Below, piece after piece: positions 49,741 through 61,503 of a stretch of 64,000 bases of DNA. This DNA is from Azolla caroliniana (Eukaryota; Plantae; Polypodiophyta): positions 186,001 through 250,000 of the forward strand of contig JBHGNT010000009.1 in NCBI GenBank assembly GCA_043228905.1. Reading direction: 5' to 3'. The position numbers were made by a program, and so were the translations under genes. The notes under the pieces were generated by a model. That model was not told the origin of the DNA, did not search any database, and saw only the letters and a list, made by a program, of their open reading frames with translations. The number at the start of each line of letters is the position of its first letter. The first letter of the stretch is position 1.

Positions 49741-50494
49741 CCTATTCATGCTACAAGTAAATCAAGGGATACATAAATGGGCTCCTAACCTCTCCATTTT
49801 GGATTGACCTACGTTAGAAATCTTTCAAAGACATAAAGTACAATATATCTTATTTGAGAATCTTACATGTATAGATAACAAAATTCTTTAGTCACATCTA
49901 TTCTATTTATGTTTACTTTTTTACTTAGTTACATTTATTTTTGTTTGTTGCTCTCAATGAGAAGATTACGTTTTAATATTTAATCTCTTGTTTGGTTCTA
50001 TAGGCCACATTTTGGCCTCTTAAAATATAAGAATCTATCTCTCTCTAAGTTGTTACACTAGCACTACATCTTGGGTTCGAAACCCAATTTTCTCACCCCT
50101 CTATTACTCCATAGATGCCACTATGGAATGTAAGGGTCGAACCTGGCCTCTCTCTCTCCTCATACTTTTGTGTGGATATGGTTGATCAATTGTTACTGCA
50201 AAGAGTCTACACAACTCTTGTGTGGAAGAGGTCCACCAACATCTCATTTGTTGAGAGGAAGATTATTATGGAGTCAATAAAGAAAATGTCTTCCATAAAG
50301 TAATTTTTGGCATTCCCAAGGAGATTCAAAATTGCAACCCTCCTCCTTTGATGTTCCTTTACTTTAAACGATTGAACTAATGCTTGATGGTAGTGTCTTT
50401 CTTACACTCTTTGACCAATATACAAATCTTATGACCTTTGGTATTTTCTCCCCATGACCATGTCACATATTGCTCCTTCCCTTATTGTTCAAGT

Positions 50495-50909
50495 TGTTAG
50501 ATCTTGTTCCTAATGTAAGCATATGATAAGGAAATATAATAAAAATAGATAAGAGAGGAGAGAGAAAGAAGGGTACCGATTCACCCGACCACCCCTAAGC
50601 GAAGGGATCAAGACAAACTCGAGCCTCGATCAACGTCCCATACCACTATCGTGGCACTGGCACACTTGCTTAAAAGAGTTTGATCACCACTTAAACAGAG
50701 TCTTGACGTAGTCATATTTATAACCAGACCTAAGGCCCCTAGATAAGTTCACACTTGGCCCTTATGGGTTGTCCCAAATTCTAGGATTAAAAGCAATCCT
50801 CCCTTCTTTACACTCTTGTTTAACCCTCACACTTTATCCACGTGCATAGAATACTATGGTACAACCCTCACACTTTACCACGGGATATTATATGGTCATG
50901 CCTGTAACA
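50495..50909. mobile_element. Solo LTR, 415 bp
   Basis: TGTTA...TAACA termini with perfect 5-bp TSD CAAGT (50490-50494, 50910-50914). Confidence 0.8.
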
Positions 50910-51981
50910 CAAGTGTGATGAGTACGTCTGTGGAGTTCCATCTAGTGTCTCACCTTGCAAAGTTGATCAAGAACATCTCCTTTCACATACATGAAACCAT
51001 TTACTTCATCTGTGACGACGAGATCATCCAACGTGAGACCAAAAGACGATACATATGTTATTTTGCCGTGACATGGTTGGCTTGTGTGAAGGGAGAAAAA
51101 TGCCTAAAACCCAAGTTTTATAAAAAGTTAAGGATCTTGCTAAAGAAGTAGTAAAGGAGTTGAGAGAGATGATGGTCAAACCAACAAACAAAGATAGCTC
51201 AAGTGGTGAAAGCTAACCATTTGAACAATAAGGACAAGGAAGTTTGAGCCTCATTAGGGGAAACATAAGGGAAAAGGTGGTCAACATTGCACAAGATATA
51301 AGAATGAGGTTTACGATAAAAACAAAATGAGCAACACGCTTTTTGCAAAAGTCAAGTATCAGGACAAGTGACAATGCATGCTAGAAAGGGAACTTTTGAA
51401 CTTGGTGAGAGGGCTCTTAACAATTATAAAAGGGAGGAAGAGATCTAGTTCCTAGGAATGGTCTTTTTGAGATTCAAGGCTCACTCTTTATCGAAATACA
51501 ATTTGCCATGGAGTAGAGGAGGAAGAGAGCCAATTTCTAGGAATGGTCTGTTTGGGATTGAAGGTTCACAGTTAGTTGAAATACAATTTACCACGGGGGT
51601 AGTGAGTAATGAGGGCACATAGGAGGCCTATGACGGCAAAAGGTGATATGGTCATCAATGGTAGACTCACTACACCAAATTCAAGGATTTGTATCTTGAT
51701 TTCAATTTCTTTAGGAAATTCTTGTAAGTTGCGGGGAAATATCCCACTTTTATGTATTAGCAACTTGCTCTTGATGAAAGGATTGTTATGATTCCTTATG
51801 GTTGGTAGTAGGTACTTATTCAAACATTACTATGAAAATTTTCTCATTGAAATTCCAAATACCAAGCAAGAATCTATGTATAAAGTTGTTTAATTTTGGG
51901 CAAGGTGGAATTTCAAATCCAAAATTTGAATAAACTATCCATCATCATCGATCATAATCTCTGAGGCTCGCAACAGGATTT

Positions 51982-52361
51982 CAAAAAGTCAAATAGAATG
52001 CAATTGAGTTAGTCAAGGAGATATGGTTGATGTTTCTGCATACTCTAAGAGATCAATATGAGGCAATAATTGGTGAGCATGGTGTTGTGTTTCGTAAGCA
52101 ACAACATTTTAGAGAAATGTGGAAAAAGGCAAAGGTCTTCACCTCTTTTGAGGAGAGAATAAAGTGGAGATATGCTCCACCAAAATGGCTTTTTCCGCCC
52201 CCCGTCTTAGAAGTTTCATGCTCAAGTAGATGCGTGAGGGCTTTTGCTACTCGACATATTGGTTGATGAGGGTATTATGATTATGTTTTCTTGTATGAGT
52301 TTTTTGTAGCCTTTGGACATCTTTCCATTAATACCAAGGTGAATGTTTTATTTTAAAAAAA
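51982..52361 (+). mobile_element. 5'-truncated L1-type LINE 3' end
   Basis: FLHTLRDQYEAIIGEHGVVFRKQQHFREMWKKAKVFTSFEERIKWRYAPPKWLFPPP; short poly(A); 20-bp TSD TGAGGCTCGCAA(C/T)AGGATTT (51962-51981, 52365-52384). Confidence 0.85.
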
Positions 52362-53009
52362 CTATGAGGCTCGCAATAGGATTTTCGGCTTGGAAATTTT
52401 AGCACCTAAGCAAAAATTATGCTAAACAACGAAAATTGATGAGGGGTGGGACTCAAACTCGCATCTCTCGCGAAACAATGGAAGATGGTTGCGTCAAAGT
52501 GAACATGGGAAAAGGGCAAATGTTTTTTGGTAAAGAATAAGTTGAAACCTACGATATTTCGTTCCAATGTCGGAAACCTAGGACATACCGCACCTAGGGC
52601 TCTGTGTGGCTAGGTTCAGTGTCCCTAGGTCTGAAGCCTAGGTTCGAACGAAGAGAGAGACCGAAGGAAGGAGTAGGAGGAACTATGTGTGCTTCTTTGT
52701 CGCGATTTACCGACGAGAAAGAAGAACGCACCATCCCGTCGGCTACAGGTCACCGAAACTGCAACTACACTTAAACCAACTTCTATACACTTACACATGT
52801 CATGATGTTTTCCGAGAAAATACCGGAATATGCTCATGTGATCACACAACAAAAACATACACTTTCTTGCTTGAACATAGATTCATTATTTCTATCTTTA
52901 TCGAGTAAAATTTGAGTGAAAGTTTGCCAAAGTGTTCTAGTGCCTAATACACCAAATACGAACACTCTATCCACACTCTTGAGGCCTTTTTGCCATGTCA
53001 ATGTATCAT

Positions 53010-53510
53010 GCCAAGGGGGAAATGTGGAAGATCATGCTTCACACTTTATATTGCATATGTTGCACCTAACTACAAAACCATATTCTTCATTGAACGAGGA
53101 AATCATACACATCAATACATGTTAGAGCCCATCATGTTGTCTGCCATCCAAACCATTGCTTCCATGTGACTTGGCTCACACACATTGCAATGTGAGACAG
53201 GGCGTTGACGCATGAGTAATGAGAGTAGTTGATTATGCACATTTTTCTCGAAATAAGTTTGGGAGTGTAACTATCACTTGATACAATGCTTTGTCTTTGA
53301 TCACGTTCGACTATGCTTTCCACACATCTTTAACCAAACCCAATGCTTGGACGAATTTCTCCCACAATCACAATTTTGCACTCTCAATTGCAACATTCAT
53401 TGGTAAAGTTCTTGAACATTGGGAATGACTACTCACTGTCACATGTATTATGTGAAATGTAATAGTTTTGGTCTCATTGGTCATATTTGACTTCTGAAGA
53501 TGATAATAAA
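53010..53510. repeat. Second copy of the unknown dispersed repeat (uninterrupted)
   Basis: Collinear with 3597-3754 + 4206-4470 and with 48740-48900; followed by (CT)n at 53513-53557. Confidence 0.75.
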
Positions 53511-53511
53511 A

Positions 53512-53559
<48 letters not shown>

Positions 53560-56500
53560 AGATTGGCAACTCTAGAGGTGAAATGTTCTTTCTACTTAAG
53601 AAGGGAGATAGTGAGGTGATTTTAGAACGATAAAGAGAGTGAATTTCGAAGCCCACGACGCCTATAGAGAGTGATTTAGAAATTGTGACCACACTATTAT
53701 TAAATTATCTCCATGACCAGTGGTAGATTTGATATTTTCAAAATTAATAGAATCATTTTCATATTACCGCCAATATGAGGGGTACCTTTTATATTTTCCC
53801 CAATTCTTTTTAAAGACCATATCGTTTATCCCGATCTTTCTTGAGCAACACAAATCATAATTTTGGTTTTCAAATGTGACACCTTAGAATGCTTAAAAAG
53901 AAATATATGCAAAATGAAACACATATAATAACAACACAAGATTATTGTGGGAACTTCTTTACTATGAATTGACGTTTCCACATGTTCTCTTTTGTTTATA
54001 AAGTTCGAATATGGCTCTATATTTGTCGTATATGCTCAATCTACCAAACCTTTCAATGAGTAAACAATAATAAAAAAGAATAAGTAAGTGTTTAGGTAAC
54101 TTGATACTTCTAAAAAAAAGCGTGATCATGTGTTAAGACACATCATTAGACATTGTGTATACCCAATGATTGGTCCGTGTATCCACTATACATAACTTTT
54201 GCTATTTCAACCATATCTTTTTTATCTATGAACAAAATCATGAATGTTAGAACATTGTGTTTCTAATATCCTCATATATTATGATTGGTTATAGAATTAG
54301 GCCCATGAAAACTAAAATCCATTGTATCGTATGAACTGTTATTATGCGTGATAAGTCATAAGTCTTAGAATCTACACGGAATAATTGGCAATCTATAAGT
54401 AAAATTACCATTTGTATGCATGAAATACACATAGATGCCTGCAATAATAGTGCCTTGCCAACTAAGATTGCTCATATGATATGTTGTGCTATATTATCAC
54501 GATAAAACATTGTGGTTTAGCAATGCTTGCTTTGCAAACCTCACAATATATGTAAGGACACTTTTTATCCTTCTATCACAACGTTCAAGGAAAGTAAATC
54601 TAGACCATAGTAAAGTTATAGATCGTAAAGTTGTGGATGATATTTTCATGTAGTGGACTACTTTACTCATTATACGTGAACGAATAACAAAAACTTTTAG
54701 ATAAGAGTGGTTCCCACATGTGAATTAAGGTAGATACATTCCAAAGGTGAACAACTTCAAGTGAGTTTCAACTTTTGTTTCATTCATTCTGAAAGTTCAT
54801 ACATGTGCCAACAAACATTGAGGTGTATGTGCCCCATAATGTTCCATTTGCCTCATAAGAGAGTGACTATGTTTTCACGATTTTAAATAGCCTAGTCAAG
54901 TATGTGACATTAGTCCTCATAGTTTCACTACCACAAAGTTTGATTGTTCACATATATACCTACATTGGAACCTTGAAAGCATGAGCTATGGATTTTCTTA
55001 TAAACTACTAATGTCCTTATGGATTGTTGTTACCATTATAGAAACTCAACATCAACATCAAATGCCTTTTGGAAACTTCATTGTGTGAATCATGTTTTAG
55101 ATATCACTCAAGGTATATAAGTCCATGTCCACAAAGCATTTGAAAAAATATCTTTGGTCGATTGTGGTTCTCACATTGGGTTTTTGCACTAAGTTTTCTT
55201 TTCATTCTGATTCCACATGAGAGGGGTTGTTAGGATTAACATTCAACTTCTACCTAGGACAATAGCTTGTGTTGATTGGTGATTTATTCTTACACATTTC
55301 CACAAGCCAATAGAAACTATACATCACTCTAGAGCACAAACTACTAGAAAACCTTCAAATTGATCAAACCAATTGAGAAATACAATTCAACACAGCTTGA
55401 TGCTTATGCAACATTAAACTTTGTTGGAATGCATTTTCTTGATTGTTTTAATTATTTCATACAAGGATATGTGTGTCATATGTATGATAGTAGGAGACAA
55501 TCTTCAAGATAATTGTTTATATCATCATTGACTTTTTAAAGCTTATTTATTCTTGGATCTTACCAATGTTTGGTCAAAGTTAATAGGATCGAGACATTAA
55601 TCTCATCACTAAGTGAACTTTTCTCGTCCAATTCATACGAACACGAGCCATTCAAGCTTTCGGGGAAGCGTAATACGGGTCAACTAATTAGAAAAGTGGG
55701 ACTTCTATAAACAAAATGATTGAAGTCATTGGGAATTTGTGGACCTACAATTATGTCGACTAATTATTGTCACACATTACCCAACAACCCAAGTGCTAAA
55801 GGCTCATTGACAGGCCTTTGTTTCTCAAGCATTTGGAAAATTTGAGTTGCAAGTGGCATCTTACAGTTTGATGATCACACACATATATATGTAGAGAAGT
55901 GAGATAATAATCATCATCGAAGTGTGCCGAAACCTTTGGAAATGAATGGGAAGGAAGTAATTAGAATACTGAGTATTCAGATTGATCGTTAGTATTCAAT
56001 AGATCCATTCAAGCTTTAGGCAGACTGCAAAGATGGAGGTAGGAAGGCATGTGAATGATGGGCATTTGATAGGGGATGCGGTTTCACACCTTGTGGACGG
56101 TTTCTTCGGCCCCTTCGCTAATGGGCTTCTCACACTTGGGCACCCATACATCATCCGGGTCCTCAATGTCGCCGTGGATAGGTTCAGAGTTAATAGCATC
56201 TCTTCCGCAAGTAAGTTCTCTCTCAACAATACCAATGTTGTTAATCATGAATTTTGTTGCTGTTTCTTCATGGATCTAAATAAATTACCCACATTAATTA
56301 AATGGTTTTTTCTTCCTATTCTTCATGGATCCATGAATTACCCACGCTAATCAATGGGTCTTGGCTACTATACTTGATGGATCAATTTATATGTAGAACA
56401 GATTTACTGGGTTATCCTTAGGTTATTCTTTAAGCAAATATTTGGATTGGCTAGATCTACTCAATTGTAGTTAATTAAACCTTGTTTATAACTTTTTCTT

Positions 56501-57961
56501 ACTCCATTTTTGATTTGGAATATACAATTTTAGAGCTAGATATTAATTTTATAACTATGTGGACATCACCATAATTATAAAATAGAGATGGATTTTAAGA
56601 ATGAAGTCATAATAGGATCCAAGTCTTGTTGAGATAAGATCATCGTCTTGTGGGTTCTCATGATAATGTCATCATCTTTTGGGGTGTTTGAGATAATATC
56701 AATATCTTACGAGTTGTTGGTGTTGAATCATAGGGAAAATAATGTCATTAGTTTATGTTAGTGAGACAAGTTGTATATTAGCTTATAAAAGTAAGGCAAA
56801 TGATACTAGATTTAGCTTGGAGAAATGGGTCAATGTTTAAGCCTCAACTCTAAGGGAAGGACGGTCAACCAAGGGCACTTCTTTTGTATGTTCCAAGTAG
56901 AAACTTGAGTTTTGACATTGGGTATGTGTCAACACAAACTAAAGTGGGATTTTGCATGGAGGCAAAACCCATCTCATGGTTGCATGCAAACCAATGATGA
57001 AATATTGCTCATTTGCATAATCCTTTTGTAAACATCAATATGTTGGAAAATGCTCTTTAAGTCGAAATGGAAAAGGGTTTCAACCCTCGCCCCACACCTA
57101 GAATGAATTAATTCATTGTTTTCCAATGTTTTTGGCTTTCTAACTGCACCATGACTAGTCCATAGTAAGAACTTATTCTCCTGATTGGGATTAGAAGCCC
57201 ACGCCATTAAGTCCAAGTCCAATCAAGGGTTATGTTTTCCTAGGTAAAAAAATTTGTACACATCTCACTTTGCCAATCCTAACATGGCGATGTATAACTC
57301 ATTCTCTGATATAATCTTCTTGTTCATGTTAAACCAATAAAAGGCTCTTTTGTTAGTGTGAATACACATTTGGTGTATTGGTTAGGTGAGGTTTTAATCC
57401 ATGCACATGCACAAAGTTTTTCTTGCTCTCTAAAGTTTTGTTTTCTAATCTTATCCAATTCTAACGCTCAAATGTCAATGTGAGGCTCAAACTCAACACA
57501 TGGGTCACTTCAAGCCATGAGAGAGGATCACTTATAAATATGTAAAGCATCTAGAAGAGGTTCGCCAACTAGCTACCCTACCTAATGAGTGATCATTGGA
57601 GAAACCGAGGTGTGACAAACCTTAGAAGGTCAAGATATCAACATCTTATCCCTCCACCACACTTAGTTATATGTGTTATTTCTTTGCCTATCAGACCTAC
57701 ATTGTTTGCAAAGATTAAGAAAAAGAGAGAGAGGCAAAGCACGTGTTTGTAAACATTCATTTCTTCTCGATAAGCTAGAAATCATATCCATAGCATCGAA
57801 AAATATCACATGATGTCTCTTATGCTAATAAAATAAATAAATACTAATTGCTCTATTTGCAAAAATGCCTAAACCTGATTTTAAATACGAACATAACATG
57901 ACTAATCGTTTTTCATAGTGTAGGCGTTATAACAACTTTTCATCATAGATTCACAAAGAAC

Positions 57962-58331
57962 AGATTGATGAAGCCTAGTTAGAGAGCCATAACCAAAACA
58001 AATCTTCATAAAATTTTGGAATTTACATTAATTAACTTCATCTAACAATTGTGGTCATTTCAATCTTATGGAATTAAGGACATGTTGCAGTGCCACCGCC
58101 TCTCAATGGCCCCAATATGTTGTTTAGAGCTTTGCTCACATTCATAGATTGATGAAGCCTAGTTAGAGAGCCATAACCAAAACAAATCTTCATAAAATTT
58201 TGGAATTTACATTAATTAACTTCATCTAACAATTGTGGTCATTTCAATCTTATGGAATTAAGGACATGTTGCAGTGCCACCGCCTCTCAATGGCCCCAAT
58301 ATGTTGTTTAGAGCTTTGCTCACATTCATAG
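57962..58331 (+). repeat. 184-bp tandem duplication (2 copies, apparently identical)
   Basis: AGATTGATGAAGCCTAG...GCTTTGCTCACATTCATAG at 57962-58147 and 58146-58331. Confidence 0.95.
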
Positions 58332-59356
58332 CAATTACAATTTCCTTTCTTTTGTCAAGACGAGTTGGGGGAGGTTGGACAAGTTGTCTACTACTGCTTG
58401 GTGGACAAAAATATACAGAAATAATGGCAATCGACAATAGAAATGTGATGGTAGGATTGCGAGAAGCGGCATTTTGGGAGCTAGGGATGGCATGGGTGAG
58501 CTTCTGTTACACCATGGTGCCATTGGGGTGTAGCAAATCTCAAGAAATGATAGTGTACTCATTGACAACTCTTCAAGTAATGTGTGCACGAGATGTCTTG
58601 ATCAATGAGGGGCAAGTTTATCTCATTAATGATGAGCCTTTGGCAACACAAAGTGCGTTGTGGATGAGCATGTGCTGCATGTGTTACTTCATGCCAAGAT
58701 GGTTTGCCATAGCTGTCTTGTTAGCAACATGGTTGGTAGCCTTGTTGGCAAATGAGACACAAAGCCAAAGTGATATAGATTATAATAACATGCCACAATA
58801 TTTGATGCAGGTCCTATCATTTCTAACACCACTTGTTAAGGAGATCAAGGATTGCAAGGGTATAATTTTGTTCAATGCATTTTTTTCTATTCCTTGTGTT
58901 ATTTGGGTGGCATCCTACACCTCTAACTCCTACATCGGCTTCTTCATTTGCATGGTTCTTACATTCCTCCTATTTTATGCTTCAAAGAGCCCCGAACCTT
59001 TCTTGAGGAGCAACACTGCCCCATTCCTCCTCATATGCTTCTTGATTGCCATATTCATGTTCTTGCCATTAAGTCTTGTTATCGTTTTGCTTCTTGGAAT
59101 TGCTACCATTTTCGTAATGCTTACATCTACCAATGATATGTCCCCCATCGATTGTATACAAACTAGACTAGAACAACTTCAACAAAATTTGGATGTGGAG
59201 CAAGCAATGGAACATATGATGTCATTCCGCTTGTGGTGCGTCTCCTTTCTTATTTTGGGAACACTATGTTACATGGAGATCCTACCTCCCGACATCCATG
59301 GTTTCACACTTTGCATCCTCCTTATCATCTTCTCATATGTATGTGTACTTAAATGA
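58274..59356 (+). CDS. Hypothetical multi-pass membrane protein ORF (up to 360 aa; first ATG at 58301); possibly a young pseudogene
   Basis: 1083-nt open frame in AT-rich DNA with about 8-10 long hydrophobic stretches. No family recognised. Confidence 0.5.
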   Translation: MPPPLNGPNMLFRALLTFIAITISFLLSRRVGGGWTSCLLLLGGQKYTEIMAIDNRNVMVGLREAAFWELGMAWVSFCYTMVPLGCSKSQEMIVYSLTTLQVMCARDVLINEGQVYLINDEPLATQSALWMSMCCMCYFMPRWFAIAVLLATWLVALLANETQSQSDIDYNNMPQYLMQVLSFLTPLVKEIKDCKGIILFNAFFSIPCVIWVASYTSNSYIGFFICMVLTFLLFYASKSPEPFLRSNTAPFLLICFLIAIFMFLPLSLVIVLLLGIATIFVMLTSTNDMSPIDCIQTRLEQLQQNLDVEQAMEHMMSFRLWCVSFLILGTLCYMEILPPDIHGFTLCILLIIFSYVCVLK

Positions 59357-60486
59357 TGTTGTCTCCATCAAGTACAAAATTTCAATTTGTAATGCTACAC
59401 ATTAATCTCTCAATCATAGTATTTCTACCTCTCCCAACATTCTTTCCTTGCCCTATATTCCAACTACATTGCCCTAAATTGTAATTATACATTCTTCTTA
59501 TTCCTTGAGTATTAATTAGGATGTTTTTATTGGAAAGTTAAAAGACAAACTTTGAATTCCTTTTTCTCTCTTGCTATTTCAAAATTGTACATTGCATGTT
59601 GTGTAGATTAAAATGGATTACTTTTCTTTATTGATCTCACAAATCCATTCAAAGCATGTTGTGAAACACATGCTATTAAAACTCCCAACAACTTCCAAAC
59701 AGGAAGAATGAGGGCCAAATTAAGTTGATTAATTGTTAGTGTGATGATGTGATATGATTTTTATATATTTTCATGATGCACATAGCTTTAGGCCCATTGC
59801 GTTAGACTTAAATCCACAATTTTGCATACTTTTACCACTACACAAAATATTGGCATTTGACAATATAAATGTGATATGGAGTGAATTCAAACGTGATATG
59901 AGGATGCATGGATACACTAGGGCCATTTTGGGAATGGGTAGCAAAATGTTAGGAATGACAATGTACTATCAACAATTATGCCTAGAAGTGATGTATAATC
60001 TTGCAAATTACAAGCAAGTCTATAACAAGATCGACAAGCTATTGGAAGTATAAACCATGCAATGGATGAGCCAATATACTGCATGGATTGCTTCATGACA
60101 TGTTTATTTGCCATAGACCTATTTTACACGGTGTTGCTAATTAATATGTTTCCAAAAATACACAATGCCAAGTTGTTATTAGCATTAACATGTGATAGGA
60201 TTCAAAAGTTATTGTGATGCCATCTCTATACCATTACCCAACGAAACAAGTAAGTTCAAAGTTGTCATTCTTTTTAATACATAAATTCACATCCCATGTC
60301 TCGTTCTTGGTGGCACACAATATCTCTTGCTCATATACTAGATTCATCCTTTACATGTTTTATCACATTCCCCTCGTTTATGCCTATGGGACACCTCCCA
60401 CGTTGCTTGATCACTGCCTTCCTCTGTTTTCTATTGAAATGAACCACTATGGTTCATTTGGTTCTTGTAGTTTGCCATCACTCACT

Positions 60487-60895
60487 TCTTAGCTATGTGA
60501 AACATTACAACTTCTCCAATCAATGCTGATACACATCATTGCTACAAAACGTGGATGTGCAACATATGGTATCATAATGTAATGGCAAAGGCATTCCTTC
60601 CATATGTGGTCATGATCTCCTTTTGGGAAATATATTAAATTAAATATAAACCATAAATCTAGCTATCTGTTGTCAATGAAGAGGCCAAAATATAAACCCA
60701 ATTAGAGGCATTTGGTCCTTGCACCATTCCCTTCTTAGCTATGTGAAACATTAGCATTTCTCCCATCAATTGTGTATACACATCATTAATACAAATTGTG
60801 GACGTGCAACAAATGGCATCCGAACATATCATGGCAAAGTCATTCCTTCCACATGTGGTCATGACCTATCTTTTGGGACGTATTAAATTAAATGC
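60487..60895. repeat. Diverged ~160-bp direct repeat (60487-60645 / 60733-60893)
   Basis: CTTAGCTATGTGAAACATTA...CATTCCTTCCA(T/C)ATGTGGTCATGA...TATTAAATTAAAT in both copies. Confidence 0.8.
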
Positions 60896-61503
60896 AAAAC
60901 ATATTTCGTGCAATTCATGAAGTGGCAAAATTATGGAATTTTTTAATATTGGAATAAAAAACGCATATTGAAGAAAGGAGAAGATTGAAGATCAAACATA
61001 TGTTCCAAGTAAAAACTAAAAAGGGAACAATCTACGAGGATGATTTAGGTAATTGGGAAAGTTTAGCATATTGACCTCTTGAGAAGCAAGTTTTTGATTC
61101 GTTTGGATCATGTTTGTAAGCCTAGAAAGACAATGTGCATAATAACATAACGTCAAAGCATTGACTTGACACAATTGATATAGAGTTAAAGACAATTGAT
61201 ACTAGCTCATTGGATGAAGACTGTTTTTTAAAGAAAGATGCACTGTAGTATATTACTTGAGAAGTGTACATAGAGAAAACAAAAGGAGACATTTCATCTC
61301 ACTTCTATTGTGATACAAAGGCTAGTATAAGCATTTGATCAAGTTGATGATGTCCTAAATTGAAACAAGTGTAGCAATAACTATCATTTACGCAACATAA
61401 AAGAAGGTAAGACATAATCCCACTTCAGTCCAGAAGTTGTATGCAAAAATAAGTGATGTCCTTGTCATCAAGTGAGGACTTACAAACTTCATCCATAAGA
61501 AAA

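Noticed and set aside
54600-55480. Faint resemblance to gypsy integrase
   Set aside because: Too degraded to support a call without a profile search.
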